Of a stretch of DNA of 64,000 nucleotides, positions 51,101 to 60,274 are shown piece by piece. The notes under the pieces are model-generated. The model saw only the letters and a program-made list of their open reading frames with translations. It made no database searches and was not told the origin of the DNA. Within the stretch, counting starts at the first letter, position 1. Each line of letters opens with the position of its first letter. The stretch comes from Pedosphaera sp. (GTDB taxonomy: Bacteria; Verrucomicrobiota; Verrucomicrobiia; Limisphaerales; SIBH01). Both the position numbers and the translations under genes were made by a program. Location: contig JANOQV010000012.1 in assembly GCA_031414955.1 (NCBI GenBank), forward strand, positions 34,750 through 98,749, given 5' to 3'.

Positions 51101-52653
51101 GCCGGATCCCCAGCGGCCATGTTAATGCGAATCGCCTCGACCCCGTTAACATAAAAGATGGCTCCGTCGTCCACGTAGTTGCTGGCCACCAACTGAACTT
51201 CGCTGGGATTATTGGTCAGAACAAACTGCGTGCGAAAATAGTAGGTGATGACGCGATTACCGCCGCCATCGGTCAGGGACAAAACGGTGTTGGTCAATGG
51301 GGTTAGGGCGGCATTGTCTTCGACAGCAAACAGTCCCCGTCCCTGCGGCCAAGCAGCATCATTAGTGTAATTAGCAGTTCTCCAACTCGCATCAAGACAG
51401 ACACCCGCCTGGTTGTATTTCCAGAAATGATTGGTCAGTCCGACGATGACATACGGATTGTCCGCAACAGAGACCACGGCGCTGGCGCTGTTCGGCAACA
51501 CGGCACAGTTGTCCACCGCTAGGGTGTAAAGCCCGGAATCGGAGGACACGGCGTTCAGTTTGGTGTAAGTGGCGTTGGTTGCGCCGAGGAGGATGGCTCC
51601 ATTCCGATACCATTGATAGGAGATGGGCGAGGTGCCAGCCACTAGGGCGTTCACGGTGATGGTCGCTCCCGGAGCGACGGACTGGTCAGCGGGCGGAACA
51701 GTGAATGTGGTCGGGGTGGAGCAATTCACCACCACCAAGGCGTTGCTGCTGGTGACGGAGCCAAAGACATTCGCAACGACCACCGAATACAGACCGCCAT
51801 CAATCGGCTGCGCATTGACAATGGTGAACGAACTGTTGGTTGCATTGACAATCAGGTTGCTCTCCTTGCGCCACTGATAGGAGAGCGGTTGAGCACCGGT
51901 GGCGACCACGGTCAGGGTCACGTTTTGTCCGGGGGAGACAGAAGAATCCTGCGGCTGAGTGGTGATGCCGGGGAAAGGAATCGTGACGGCAAAATTATCG
52001 ATCTGGTAGGCACCATCGGTATTCGTCACAGAGTTGTCATCCGCGAAAAGAATATACATCTTGCTGCCACCAACCCAGGGGCTGGCGAGGCTGATGTTGA
52101 TGTTGGTGTTGCCCGCCGCGTAGAAGTTGCCGAGCGCCACCCAACTGCTGGCCAGACCGCTCAGGCTGTAATAGACGCGATGCCCGGGGCTTTCCTCCGC
52201 CGTCGCCGCCACGGCCACGGCCAGGCTGTAGCTCAGACCGATGTTAGTGAGACTGCTGCCAGAAGTGTTGGTGAGCGAGGCCATGAGCAAGGTCGCCGCG
52301 TTGCCCGTGGGCCGGGTTTGGAGATAAAAGCCCAAACTGCTCCATTGAGCAGTAGCGGCGGTACCAGGCGGATTAGCAGCATTGTTTCCCACGGCCGCGT
52401 TAATCAGAGCGGCGGTGTTGGTCTGCACGGCGGCATCCAGAGTTGCCAGCGTGGTGGCTGTTTGGAAATCGTTTGCGGTGCCTGGGATGGAACGTGTGGA
52501 CCAACTAGTGGCCGGCGGAAGCGTGCCAAAAATATTCACCGCGCTGCCGGCCGGCCCGACGGAGATTTGGGCCGCAGCTTTGGATGGTCCGCTGAACAGA
52601 GCCAGAGCGATAGAGCCGGCCGTCAATAGGGTTCTCAGAGTTTGGGTTCGCAT
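48145..52653 (-). CDS. Large secreted surface protein with Ig-like and three lectin/jelly-roll-like domains
   Basis: Signal peptide; Ig YQW motifs; three repeats of YFR..F...DDGA...NG.E..R.NM...N..AVEVHQ. Confidence 0.85.
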   Translation of the reverse strand: MRTQTLRTLLTAGSIALALFSGPSKAAAQISVGPAGSAVNIFGTLPPATSWSTRSIPGTANDFQTATTLATLDAAVQTNTAALINAAVGNNAANPPGTAATAQWSSLGFYLQTRPTGNAATLLMASLTNTSGSSLTNIGLSYSLAVAVAATAEESPGHRVYYSLSGLASSWVALGNFYAAGNTNINISLASPWVGGSKMYILFADDNSVTNTDGAYQIDNFAVTIPFPGITTQPQDSSVSPGQNVTLTVVATGAQPLSYQWRKESNLIVNATNSSFTIVNAQPIDGGLYSVVVANVFGSVTSSNALVVVNCSTPTTFTVPPADQSVAPGATITVNALVAGTSPISYQWYRNGAILLGATNATYTKLNAVSSDSGLYTLAVDNCAVLPNSASAVVSVADNPYVIVGLTNHFWKYNQAGVCLDASWRTANYTNDAAWPQGRGLFAVEDNAALTPLTNTVLSLTDGGGNRVITYYFRTQFVLTNNPSEVQLVASNYVDDGAIFYVNGVEAIRINMAAGDPACTVTAPGTLTEAVFVVSNIPSSLLIQGTNTLAVEVHQVNNTSSDVDFGMQVNVNFYNPSLLAITSQPQNLVVEETKIADFTLGLQGQPAYYQWYKDGVAVSNATQNPLIIASATTNDVGSYFVVASNTVNSVTSSVVTLGVIVDTNRPLLVMADGTATNSQVLVGYSELVLASTATNAAYYKITNTLGGMLTVSSAVRVNGSNVLLTTTAPRLVNNNYVLIVNNVRDTSPATNLIAPNSMMPITMKVLTKALGGLNNPLAAWNVLDPFPPFDVIGPDLGTAWKDFSYPDEQYMSPGFGVFYVSPADNLPGPGGTPLSEAPSITSYFRGGFNLQASPGNLNFAVTHILDDGAVFWMNGSEFLRFNMPTGAINYLTLPSAVVGDSSRIGPISIALPSYQVGSNVIAVEVHQPQINDIDKEFGLQLDAFVESFTNGPVQVLNGPFDQTVVEGQSATFQVFSVAGVSYQWQTNNVNVAGAAAANYTIANVSTNMAGWQFRAIVSNPASGSATSIVARLYVITDSNAPVLLSGSLVSSTSIQLGFSKRMAATPAQLVVNYLVTNIVGGTFPVSSAVLNGSNVVLNFASPLPVGAYMVVVNNLTDASSRANPIAPNSSVTVGAVLQVASFTNAWKYLLVNTNEEIHASYFTPSFDDSTWSGPSNALFYVEGAPLPAAKNTPLALADGVGNRYNTFYFRQKYTAVIGGANTVLRLRHIVDDGLVLYLNGAEIYRFNMPAGQMTAASQGIAAVGDAVIVGPVDLIVTLLPGTNVFAAEVHQSGAASSDVVFGLEMTATVASGPLPTPIPVRIVEHPRSRTNGVASTAFFRSTATGTLPITLQWYKNGAILSGETNSLLVIPNLTTANISNYVMRANNSFSSATSSVAVLTVTNGGVICTNIAWQTGFKLGTNGLRTSITYSNGTTRGVLNWSNPVINTCGSNATVILRRSIGLRSPAASTLWTNVYTNFFGSVTVTNSLAGTNTVFYELMVP

Positions 52654-52904
52654 AAAGGTGTAGGGTTTTTGATTCACGAGACACGCCGTTGTCGCATCGA
52701 AATTGAGTTTGCACTTCATGGGTTGTTTCAGAAGTGCAACAAGGAATCACGGTTGGCCCTCTTTGGCAACAGTGAAAACAGGCGGCGCGATTATTTTTTG
52801 AGGTATTTTTCCTGCCTCGCCTTGGGAGGCGGCCTCGCGCCAGTTGCGGCCCGGCGGCTGGTTCCGCCGGTAATAATTTGTCGCCGGTATCAGGGACATA
52901 AAAA

Positions 52905-52932
52905 TTGACAATGATGGCTCGATTTGTAGAGT
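52905..52932 (+). promoter_or_regulatory. Sigma70-type promoter of FecR-cyclase genes
   Basis: TTGACA-N16-TAGAGT about 40 nt upstream of ATG 52974. Confidence 0.6.
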
Positions 52933-52973
52933 GCCCTCCGAACAACTTGAAACTGGCCAAGCCAGAAAATGAT

Positions 52974-53720
52974 ATGAATTCAAACCCGCTGTTCTCTTGG
53001 AAGGCCGCTGTCGCCGTGGCAGCCGCCTTGTTACTGATCCCAGTTGCCCAGGCCCAAAATGCCGCGCAGCGCAAAGTGCTGGTCAAGGCCATCGCCGGCG
53101 AAGCTCGTTATTCAAGCGGTGGAGGCGAGTTTAAGATCTTGTCCCCCCAGACTCAGGTGGGCAAAGGCGACGTCATCAAGACCTCCGTCAATTCCCACGT
53201 CGATCTCGACATGGGCAGCAATGTTGGCGTGCTCCAGATTCCAGAGAGCACCACCCTGACCATAGACGAGGCCACCATCACTCAAACGCAGGTGGAAGAG
53301 CTGACTGACACTCAGATTTCGATCAGCGAAGGCGGAGTCTATGCCAAAGTCAATAAGCTGGCCAAAGGCTCGCGCTACGAAATTGCCACTCCCAAGGGCA
53401 TTGCCGGCATTCGTGGCACTTCGATCTACTTGACCGCAGCGGGACAATTGACGGTGGAAAAAGGCTTGGCGGGCATCGCCTACGGTCCCGGCGATGTGGT
53501 TTTGTGTCGCGAAGGTGAAACCGTCGGTCCCAGCGATCGTCCGCCGCACGAGGCTTCTTTGCTCGTCCTCCGCGAGATTGTCGAAGCCCTTCGCGATTGC
53601 TCCTTCCACGGAGTCTGGTACGGGCATCTGCCGTTTTTCCCGGGGTTCGAGCCATTTTGCTCTCCGGCCCTTCCGAATGGTAAGCCTTTCCCCGGTCGCG
53701 GTCGTCCGTTCGGCGGCTAG
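52974..53720 (+). CDS. Exported FecR domain protein
   Basis: Signal peptide; GDVIKT..S.VDL, YEIATPKGIAGIRGT. Confidence 0.85.
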   Translation: MNSNPLFSWKAAVAVAAALLLIPVAQAQNAAQRKVLVKAIAGEARYSSGGGEFKILSPQTQVGKGDVIKTSVNSHVDLDMGSNVGVLQIPESTTLTIDEATITQTQVEELTDTQISISEGGVYAKVNKLAKGSRYEIATPKGIAGIRGTSIYLTAAGQLTVEKGLAGIAYGPGDVVLCREGETVGPSDRPPHEASLLVLREIVEALRDCSFHGVWYGHLPFFPGFEPFCSPALPNGKPFPGRGRPFGG

Positions 53721-53796
53721 AAATTTTGGCCAGACGTAGTCTTTTCAATCCCAGAGCGACCTTGAGTTGCTCTGGGGTTTTTGTTTCTGTCCTGCT

Positions 53797-56142
53797 GTGA
53801 AGTGGAAGGCGTCGCCACTTGTTCTCATCCTGATATGCGCTGGCGTGATCGCCGGTTTGAGTTTGCTTGAATGGTTAGGTGAGACTCAGCAGCGCCTCAC
53901 TTTTTTCAAGCGGCTTGAATGGATCACCTATGATTGGCGGGTCCGTGAAGCGGCCCGGCACGCCTCGCCCGTCGCCACCAATCTTGGTTTTGTAACTTTG
54001 GATGAGGGCAGCATTGACGCTGTCTTGAACGGCTCGTTGCCTTATCGATTTGGGTTGCTCTGGCCCCGGCAGGTTTACGGTCGGCTTGTGAGTGAACTTT
54101 CCGCCCAAGGCGCGAATGTCGTGGGCCTGGATGCGTTGTTTTCCGAATTGCGACCGGATCACCAGGCGGTGTCCACCGATGGCGGCTCGATTTCTTCCGA
54201 CGCCTTCTTCGCCCATGCCATGCGCCGCAGTGGACGGGTGTTACTTGCGACGGAGGATGGTCTTTTCCCACCGGAATTGTTTGCGACCAATGCGCTGGGC
54301 GTGACGCATCTCGCCGCGCAACCGGAATCGGATGGCATTCTCCGGCGTGCTCAGGCTTTCATCGAGGTGCGCGAATGGCACCCCGCCATCAAGCAGGCAG
54401 CGCGGGAATTCGGCTGGGACTTGAATCGGTTCACCTCGAATTCGCGCCAACTTATTTTTCCCCGGCAGGATGGCGGGGGCACAAACATTCTGGCCCTCGA
54501 CGCCGCAGGCCGGTTCAACGTCGGCCTGCTGGAGCGCGCGCTATCCAGCGACAAGATGAGCCCGCTCGTCTGGCGTTTTGCCGTGCCGTTCAAGGATCAC
54601 CGTTTGTGGCACCTCGGCCTCGAAATAGCGGCGCGGGAATTGAAATTCGACCTGAAGAATGCACTCATCGATTTGGAGCGGGGGCAAATCATTCTCTCGA
54701 ATACCCAAGGTGTGCGGCGTGTGCTGCCCGTGGATCGCGCGGGCCGGTTTTACATCCACTGGAGCGTCGGGATGGCGGACCCACGGTTGACGACCAGGCC
54801 CATCGAGCACCTGCTTCACCAATACGAAGCTCGGCGGGCCGGGCGCATGGACGAAGTGACCAACGAGTGGGCTGGTAAACTGGTGGTGGTTGGCTCCACG
54901 GCCTCCGGGAACAACCTGAGTGATCGGGGCGCGACGCCCTTGGAGCAGCAAACTTATCTCGTGAGCGGATATTGGAACGTCGCTAATTCGTTGCTCGTAA
55001 ACCGGTTCGTGCATCCCCTGGGCCTGCCCGCCCGCCTGCTCATCATCGTATTCTTCGCCGTGCTCTCCGCTTTCCTTACTTTGAATGCGCGCCTGCTGGT
55101 CGCGATCGCTTCCATTGTGGCGTTGGCCCTGGCTTACGCCGGCTTCGCCTATGTTTTGTTTATCAAGACAGGCCACTGGCTTCCGATGGTGATGCCGGTG
55201 GCTGGTTCGTTGCTGGTGACCCATGTAAGCCTCATCACCTATCTGGTGCGCGTCGAACGGCGGCTGCGCAGGCACACCAAGGAGATCTTCAGCCGGGTGG
55301 TTTCCCCAGATATTGTGCATGAACTGCTGGATCGGGAAAAACTGCAACTGGGCGGCGCACGGCGGCGCATCACGATATTTTTCGCCGACATTCGAGGCTT
55401 CACCGCCGTGACCGAGCGCAGCCAGCAGCGAGCGGAAGAACTGGTGGCCCGGAGGTGCCTTTCAGGAGCCGAAGCGGAACGGCAATTCGATATCGAGGCC
55501 GAGACGGTGCTAAACACGGTCAACCCCTACTTGAGTGCCGTGGGTGATGTGATTTTGAAGCACGGCGGCTCGCTCGACAAATACATCGGCGATTGTGTGA
55601 TGGCCTTTTGGGGCGCGCCGGCGGCAAATCCGCGCCATGCCGGTGCCTGCGTCCGCGCGGCGGTCGAGGTGCAGCGCGTCGTGCTGGAATTGAACGAGCA
55701 ACGCCAGGCTGAGAATGTTCGCCGGACGGCGGAGCACCTCCATCGCGCGACCCCCGGCCAGGATGCCTTGCCGATGCTCGAAATCCTGACGCTGGGCTCC
55801 GGCGTCAACACCGGCGTGGTGACCGTTGGCATGGTCGGTTCCGAGGCCCATTTGATGAACTACACCGTGTTCGGCCGCGAGGTAAACCTGGCCAGCCGGC
55901 TCGAAGGTGCTTCGGGCCACGCCCGCATTTTGATCAGCGCAGAAACACATGGTGATCTCCTGCGCGATGATCCGGAACTGGCCGCGCTTTGCCGGGAGCA
56001 TCCGCCGCTCACGCTCAAAGGTTTCCGCGACCCGGTGAAAGCTTATGAGGTGATGTGGCGTCCGGCGGATGTCTCCGGGGACGAAGCCGGCCAAACCATG
56101 ACCACCATCCGCTCCAAGACCCAGCGCGAGACCCCCAACTGA
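53797..56142 (+). CDS. CHASE2-domain class III adenylate cyclase
   Basis: WPR.VY..LV, GANVVGLD.LF, DGILRR CHASE2; 3 TMs; FADIRGFT, DKYIGDCVMAFW, YTVFG.EVNLASRLE (Lys/Thr suggests ATP). Confidence 0.92.
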   Translation: MKWKASPLVLILICAGVIAGLSLLEWLGETQQRLTFFKRLEWITYDWRVREAARHASPVATNLGFVTLDEGSIDAVLNGSLPYRFGLLWPRQVYGRLVSELSAQGANVVGLDALFSELRPDHQAVSTDGGSISSDAFFAHAMRRSGRVLLATEDGLFPPELFATNALGVTHLAAQPESDGILRRAQAFIEVREWHPAIKQAAREFGWDLNRFTSNSRQLIFPRQDGGGTNILALDAAGRFNVGLLERALSSDKMSPLVWRFAVPFKDHRLWHLGLEIAARELKFDLKNALIDLERGQIILSNTQGVRRVLPVDRAGRFYIHWSVGMADPRLTTRPIEHLLHQYEARRAGRMDEVTNEWAGKLVVVGSTASGNNLSDRGATPLEQQTYLVSGYWNVANSLLVNRFVHPLGLPARLLIIVFFAVLSAFLTLNARLLVAIASIVALALAYAGFAYVLFIKTGHWLPMVMPVAGSLLVTHVSLITYLVRVERRLRRHTKEIFSRVVSPDIVHELLDREKLQLGGARRRITIFFADIRGFTAVTERSQQRAEELVARRCLSGAEAERQFDIEAETVLNTVNPYLSAVGDVILKHGGSLDKYIGDCVMAFWGAPAANPRHAGACVRAAVEVQRVVLELNEQRQAENVRRTAEHLHRATPGQDALPMLEILTLGSGVNTGVVTVGMVGSEAHLMNYTVFGREVNLASRLEGASGHARILISAETHGDLLRDDPELAALCREHPPLTLKGFRDPVKAYEVMWRPADVSGDEAGQTMTTIRSKTQRETPN

Positions 56143-56193
56143 TCGAAGGGCGTGCGACTTGACCCTGTTCTTGGTACCGCCCAACCGGTGCAT

Positions 56194-56295
56194 GGTAGGG
56201 CGGCGCTGTCCCCAGCGCGCCGGGGTGAGGCGTGGAAAGTGCGGGAGTTCTCCTCCATTCGTGGCCCGGCGCGCTGGGGACAGGCGCGCCCTACC
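56194..56295. repeat. GTAG-type REP dimer between convergent genes
   Basis: GGTAGGGCGGCGCTGTCCCCAGCGCGCCG ... CGGCGCGCTGGGGACAGGCGCGCCCTACC; related copy inside uvrA at 5549-5618. Confidence 0.8.
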
Positions 56296-56298
56296 CCC

Positions 56299-56760
56299 TC
56301 ACTTCACCCGCAGCACCCACACCACTTCGTAATAAGTGGGCAGGCTCGACGCGGGATCGCTGGTGTAATTGCCCGGCGGGAAGACGGTGACGTCCGCGCC
56401 CGCCACCACCGTGCCGCCGTTGATGTTCAAGGGCAGTCCATGCGAATGAATCTCGTTGCCACCCGTGCCGCCGCTGGCATTCGCCCCGCGCAGGAAGACC
56501 GGCACCCCGCCTTGCGCTCCGTTCAGGTCCGGTGCGTTCAATCCGTTCAGCGGCGAGTCGGGATCACTGATGGCCTGCCCATTGCACTCGACCCAGGTGC
56601 CGGGCAGCGCGGGCACATTGGGCAGGCTTTTCAAATAACCGCTCACGCCCCCGACCGGATACACCGCGTCGATGAGCGCCTTGAGCGCGTTGAGTTGCGC
56701 GCGCATCTCGGCCGAGGCGAGCGGCGATTGGTTGGAAGGTTTGTTCGGATCAAAGGGCAT
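56299..56760 (-). CDS. Small phage tail-collar-like domain protein
   Basis: YPVG...P..WVECNGQ...PDLNG..FLRG...GG.E.HSH...LP.YY.V.WV.RVK pattern. Confidence 0.65.
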   Translation of the reverse strand: MPFDPNKPSNQSPLASAEMRAQLNALKALIDAVYPVGGVSGYLKSLPNVPALPGTWVECNGQAISDPDSPLNGLNAPDLNGAQGGVPVFLRGANASGGTGGNEIHSHGLPLNINGGTVVAGADVTVFPPGNYTSDPASSLPTYYEVVWVLRVK

Positions 56761-56768
56761 GGGCGAAG

Positions 56769-56799
<31 letters not shown>

Positions 56800-56885
56800 C
56801 GGGGAAAGCGGCGGTGAGGACCCTGTTCGTTGCCACGGCTCGGCGTTCCGTGGCGGGTGGCGGGAGCGGGCTTCTCACCCCGCTC

Positions 56886-57159
56886 TGAAACCAAGGAAAC
56901 ACCGGGCCAAAAACCCAAGTGAACCGGCTGGAAACCGCGCCGAAGTGCTCAAGAAGCCGACCTCGTTGCTCGGATATCCGACCTCCGGGCCTGGAATTCG
57001 AACCGGATCGGCCTCGGATTCCGACCTCAAAGCTCGGATTTCGGTGCTTCTGGGCGCGGTTTTCGACCGAAGAGGTCGGGTTTTTTACCTCGGAGTCCGG
57101 GTTTTTGACCGATTTGGCCGAGTTTTCAGGCACTGGGGCCGGGTTCTTTACTGATAACG
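56886..57159. repeat. Degenerate 21-bp-period array (about 13 units), quasi-palindromic
   Basis: Units such as CCGGGTTTTTGACCGATTTGG, TCGGGTTTTTTACCTCGGAGT, TCGGATATCCGACCTCCGGGC; dyad centre about 56997. Confidence 0.75.
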
Positions 57160-57184
57160 CCTTCATTGACAGCGATTAGCGTGT

Positions 57185-57772
57185 TTAAGGCGTCGGCGGC
57201 GTCGGCGTGGGGCCACCGCCGCCCCCGCGCGGGAAGAACCGCTTGAGATTGTCGAGGATGGTATTCGCGCCGGGCACGTTGCGCTTCGCGGCCTGCTTCA
57301 CGTTGCTGTAGAAACTCAGGTAGGCCATGTAAGTGTCCACCCCCGCCGCCGTCTGCGTGTCATCCACGCCTTCGCAGAGCGGGCCGAGCTGCTGGAAGAT
57401 CTCGCGCAAGGCCGAGCGCAGGGCGCGATCCTTGTTCACTTCGGCCAGGTCCACGAAGCCCGGCACCAGTTCGGGATGCGCGGCCATTTCCAGGGCGAAG
57501 GCCTCATCCATGCCGCTGCGGATGGTGCTCATCTTGGGCAGCGAACTTTTCTCCTCCGTGGTGAGGTTGAGCAGAAAGGGCAGTAGCGCGGTGATTTCAT
57601 CCAGCTTGGTCAGGATGGTGTTTTTATTGGCCGAGGTCAGCTCGGCCGAGATGCGATTATCCATGGTTTGTGTATGAGTTGAGGTTTGCGGTTGATGGCC
57701 ATCCCAAGTGAGTTCGGGCGAATCCCACGACCAGGCGGGGTTCGGCGCGTCCCAAGTGAGCGGCGTTGACAT
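57185..57772 (-). CDS. Conserved-looking alpha-helical hypothetical protein with Trp-Asp-rich leader (alternative start 57664)
   Basis: MSTPLTWD..WSWD..LTWDG leader; core NRISA..LPFL.NLT.EE...LPKM..P.LVP..DDT...G..AY...L..Y..VK.A; PTP tail. Confidence 0.75.
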   Translation of the reverse strand: MSTPLTWDAPNPAWSWDSPELTWDGHQPQTSTHTQTMDNRISAELTSANKNTILTKLDEITALLPFLLNLTTEEKSSLPKMSTIRSGMDEAFALEMAAHPELVPGFVDLAEVNKDRALRSALREIFQQLGPLCEGVDDTQTAAGVDTYMAYLSFYSNVKQAAKRNVPGANTILDNLKRFFPRGGGGGPTPTPPTP

Positions 57773-57810
57773 GCCCGTGGATATACGCCGGAGACGCGGC
57801 GGGCATAAGA

Positions 57811-57824
57811 GGAACAGTTGTTCC
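57811..57824. promoter_or_regulatory. Palindromic operator candidate
   Basis: GGAACA-GT-TGTTCC about 40 nt upstream of ATG 57772. Confidence 0.45.
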
Positions 57825-57989
57825 CCCCGGAGAACCGCCTCGCATTGCGAATGTGGTGGAACCGGCCGCGCTGCGACCAGGAGCGCCGCGTAACAGCGGC
57901 GCAACAAACTCGCGAGAGTCTCGCCCGGTCGCACGCCCCACCCGGACCGCCCGCTGATGCGCGGGCGAGTTGTCGCAGCGCGACGACTG

Positions 57990-58304
57990 CTACCTCGCCA
58001 CCCGCGCGCGGCGCTCGGCCTCGCGCACGAGCTGCCACGGAAATAATTCCAGCGCGTGCCCCAGTCGCGCCAGCGTGTCCAGCCCCGGCACGCGCTTGGC
58101 CCGCTCCACCAGCGACACGGCCTGATGCGACAAGCGCGAGCGCCGCGCCAGTTCCTTGAGCGACAGACCGAGCTTGACCCGCCGCTCGCGCAGCAACTCC
58201 GGCAGGGCCAGACAGACTGGTTCCAACAACGCGCGCGGCCCGGCCTGAGGTGCGCGCCGGGGGAGCGGTGGGGAGGAACTCTTTCGGGATGATTTCTTTT
58301 TCAT
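57990..58304 (-). CDS. XRE/Cro-family helix-turn-helix regulator
   Basis: LRERR..LGLSLKELARRS.LS...VS.VER..R.P.L.TL.RL..AL. Confidence 0.88.
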   Translation of the reverse strand: MKKKSSRKSSSPPLPRRAPQAGPRALLEPVCLALPELLRERRVKLGLSLKELARRSRLSHQAVSLVERAKRVPGLDTLARLGHALELFPWQLVREAERRARVAR

Positions 58305-58827
58305 GCCCGCGAGCCTCGCCCAAGGGATGGGACAAATACGGTCCCACCGGGGAAATAGTTTCGGAGCCAGCCAGGTGGGCGGCGACGAAATCCGGACCGG
58401 TTTCCAGGCAGGAGAAATCCATGCACCACAAACATATCCCGCCCGCCGAGGGTTCAATCTTCGGTGTAAAATTGGGAAACGAAGTCGGGTGCGGACCTGG
58501 CGGAGTGCCGCCATCGCCCCCGTTTGGGCGCTGGTTTGGGCTGGGAATGGCCGCAAGAATCGGGGCCTTCTGGCCAAGCCCGGTCAAGCGCGGGCCACCG
58601 GCTCAGGGCAATAATCGAGCATGAAGACCAGGGACCAAATGCACCCAAGCCCGCCGAGAAAGATGATCGGCCAGCACGAACCGGCGTGCCATAGCGAGTT
58701 GAAGAAACTAGGAACCGACCGCTCACGCTAATGGGTGCCCCCGTTATGACCCCGTTACGACGACGCGGGCGACACCGACCTGCTGCGGGATGGACAAACC
58801 CAGGGACTTCAGGTAGGAAAATGAACG

Positions 58828-59646
58828 TTGAAAGCGCTGACCATACTCTTCGTTTCAATTGTTTCCATCCTGGCCCAAAGCCCGCCCCCGGCGCACCGTC
58901 TGCTTGGCACCAACATTGTAGATTTCACTTGGGTGTTGCGGGAACTGGCTAATCCCAATTCGGCGGTTGACTGGCACCGCAAATACATTGCGGCTGGTAA
59001 AGTGGAAAAAGTTTCCGCGGGCGGACTCATCGCGCTGGCCCAGACGCGAAAAGTTTACGAGTACAACACCGACTCTGTGAGCGGGCAACTGACGCGCCAG
59101 TACGGGGGCGGGTCCGATATGCTCGGCATGATGGCCGCGGCCAGGCTCGGGCAGAACGGTCCCATTAGCGCGGGCCATTACTTCTCGCTCAGCCCCAATC
59201 TGCGCCAGTATTTCAACGAAGTGAACCTGAAGACGGTGGTGACGGTGCGTGGCTATGAGCAGCCAACCTTCGTTGGTCAGAGTCTGGAGTTGGTCGCATG
59301 GCCGGTCGGCGTGAATACATTTGACTATGGCACGCCGGTGGCTGGCAACCTGGGTGACAAGGCCAGATTCGTCCTCAACGTGGGACCCAACGGAGTGACC
59401 ACGTCACGCGCGGCGTCCACCGCAGATTTGAAACAGAGCGAGGCTGTGGCCTTCGAGCGCCAGCGTATCGCAGCCACCAACGGATCCGGCTCGGCGCAGT
59501 ACGAGGTCGGCAAGCGATACCTGACCGCCGAGGAATTCGAACTGGCCCGCCACTGGCTGATGGCCGCGAAGACCAATGGATATGCGCAAGCCGCCGATAG
59601 GCTGCTCGAGAAGATCAAGCCTTCCAGTGCTCTCCCCGGCAAATGA
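58828..59646 (+). CDS. Exported hypothetical protein with C-terminal Sel1-like repeat
   Basis: TTG start and signal peptide; A.NG...AQY.VG.RYL...A..WL..A..NG..QA. Confidence 0.6.
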   Translation: MKALTILFVSIVSILAQSPPPAHRLLGTNIVDFTWVLRELANPNSAVDWHRKYIAAGKVEKVSAGGLIALAQTRKVYEYNTDSVSGQLTRQYGGGSDMLGMMAAARLGQNGPISAGHYFSLSPNLRQYFNEVNLKTVVTVRGYEQPTFVGQSLELVAWPVGVNTFDYGTPVAGNLGDKARFVLNVGPNGVTTSRAASTADLKQSEAVAFERQRIAATNGSGSAQYEVGKRYLTAEEFELARHWLMAAKTNGYAQAADRLLEKIKPSSALPGK

Positions 59647-59696
59647 CTGGCTGAATTTTCGGTGGGCAAACCCGGCTCTCTTGTTAAGCTCCTTCT

Positions 59697-60188
59697 GTGC
59701 GAACGGTCATTTATCCCGGCAGCTTCGATCCCCTCACGAACGGTCATCTCGACATCGTGCAGCGGGCCGCCAAGCTGTTTGACACGGTGATCGTGGCCGT
59801 GGCGGACAACGAAGGGAAGAAGCCGCTGTTTACGTTGCAGGAACGGATTGCGCTGGTGCAGGAATCCATCGGTTCCCTGCCCAATGTGAAAGTGGACTCG
59901 TTCAATGGGCTGCTGGTCGATTACGTGGAGAGCCGGGGCGGCCAGGCGGTCATTCGCGGATTGCGCGCCATCTCGGACTTCGAGTTTGAATTCCAACTGG
60001 CGCTGATGAACCGTAAGCTTAACGAGCGCGTCGAGACGATCTTCATGATGCCGAAGGAGACTTACACGTTTCTCAGCTCCCGCATCATCAAGGAAATCGC
60101 CCGGCTCCACGGCGATGTCCGGTCATTTGTCCCGGCGCATGTCGAAGCCGCCCTGAAAACGAAATTGGCGAAAGCGGTGAAGCATTGA
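59697..60188 (+). CDS. coaD: Phosphopantetheine adenylyltransferase
   Basis: IYPGSFDPLTNGHLDI, IRGLRAISDFEFE, SSRIIKEIA. Confidence 0.98.
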   Translation: MRTVIYPGSFDPLTNGHLDIVQRAAKLFDTVIVAVADNEGKKPLFTLQERIALVQESIGSLPNVKVDSFNGLLVDYVESRGGQAVIRGLRAISDFEFEFQLALMNRKLNERVETIFMMPKETYTFLSSRIIKEIARLHGDVRSFVPAHVEAALKTKLAKAVKH

Positions 60189-60274
60189 GAAGGGTCTGAT
60201 CCTGGGACTGGTGCGAGGCGCGGCCATCTGCGCCTGATTCATCAGCTCATGGAGAACTCAAACGAGAGGCATCT

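Noticed and set aside
56886..57159. CRISPR or TIGR-type array
   Set aside because: Period is 21 nt, with no invariant repeat and unique spacer structure and no recognisable Cas or Nop-domain gene.
57811..57824. LexA box (GAAC-N4-GTTC)
   Set aside because: Matches the Gram-positive motif, not the TGTTC-N4-GAACA motif described for Verrucomicrobia; the adjacent XRE regulator is a simpler explanation.
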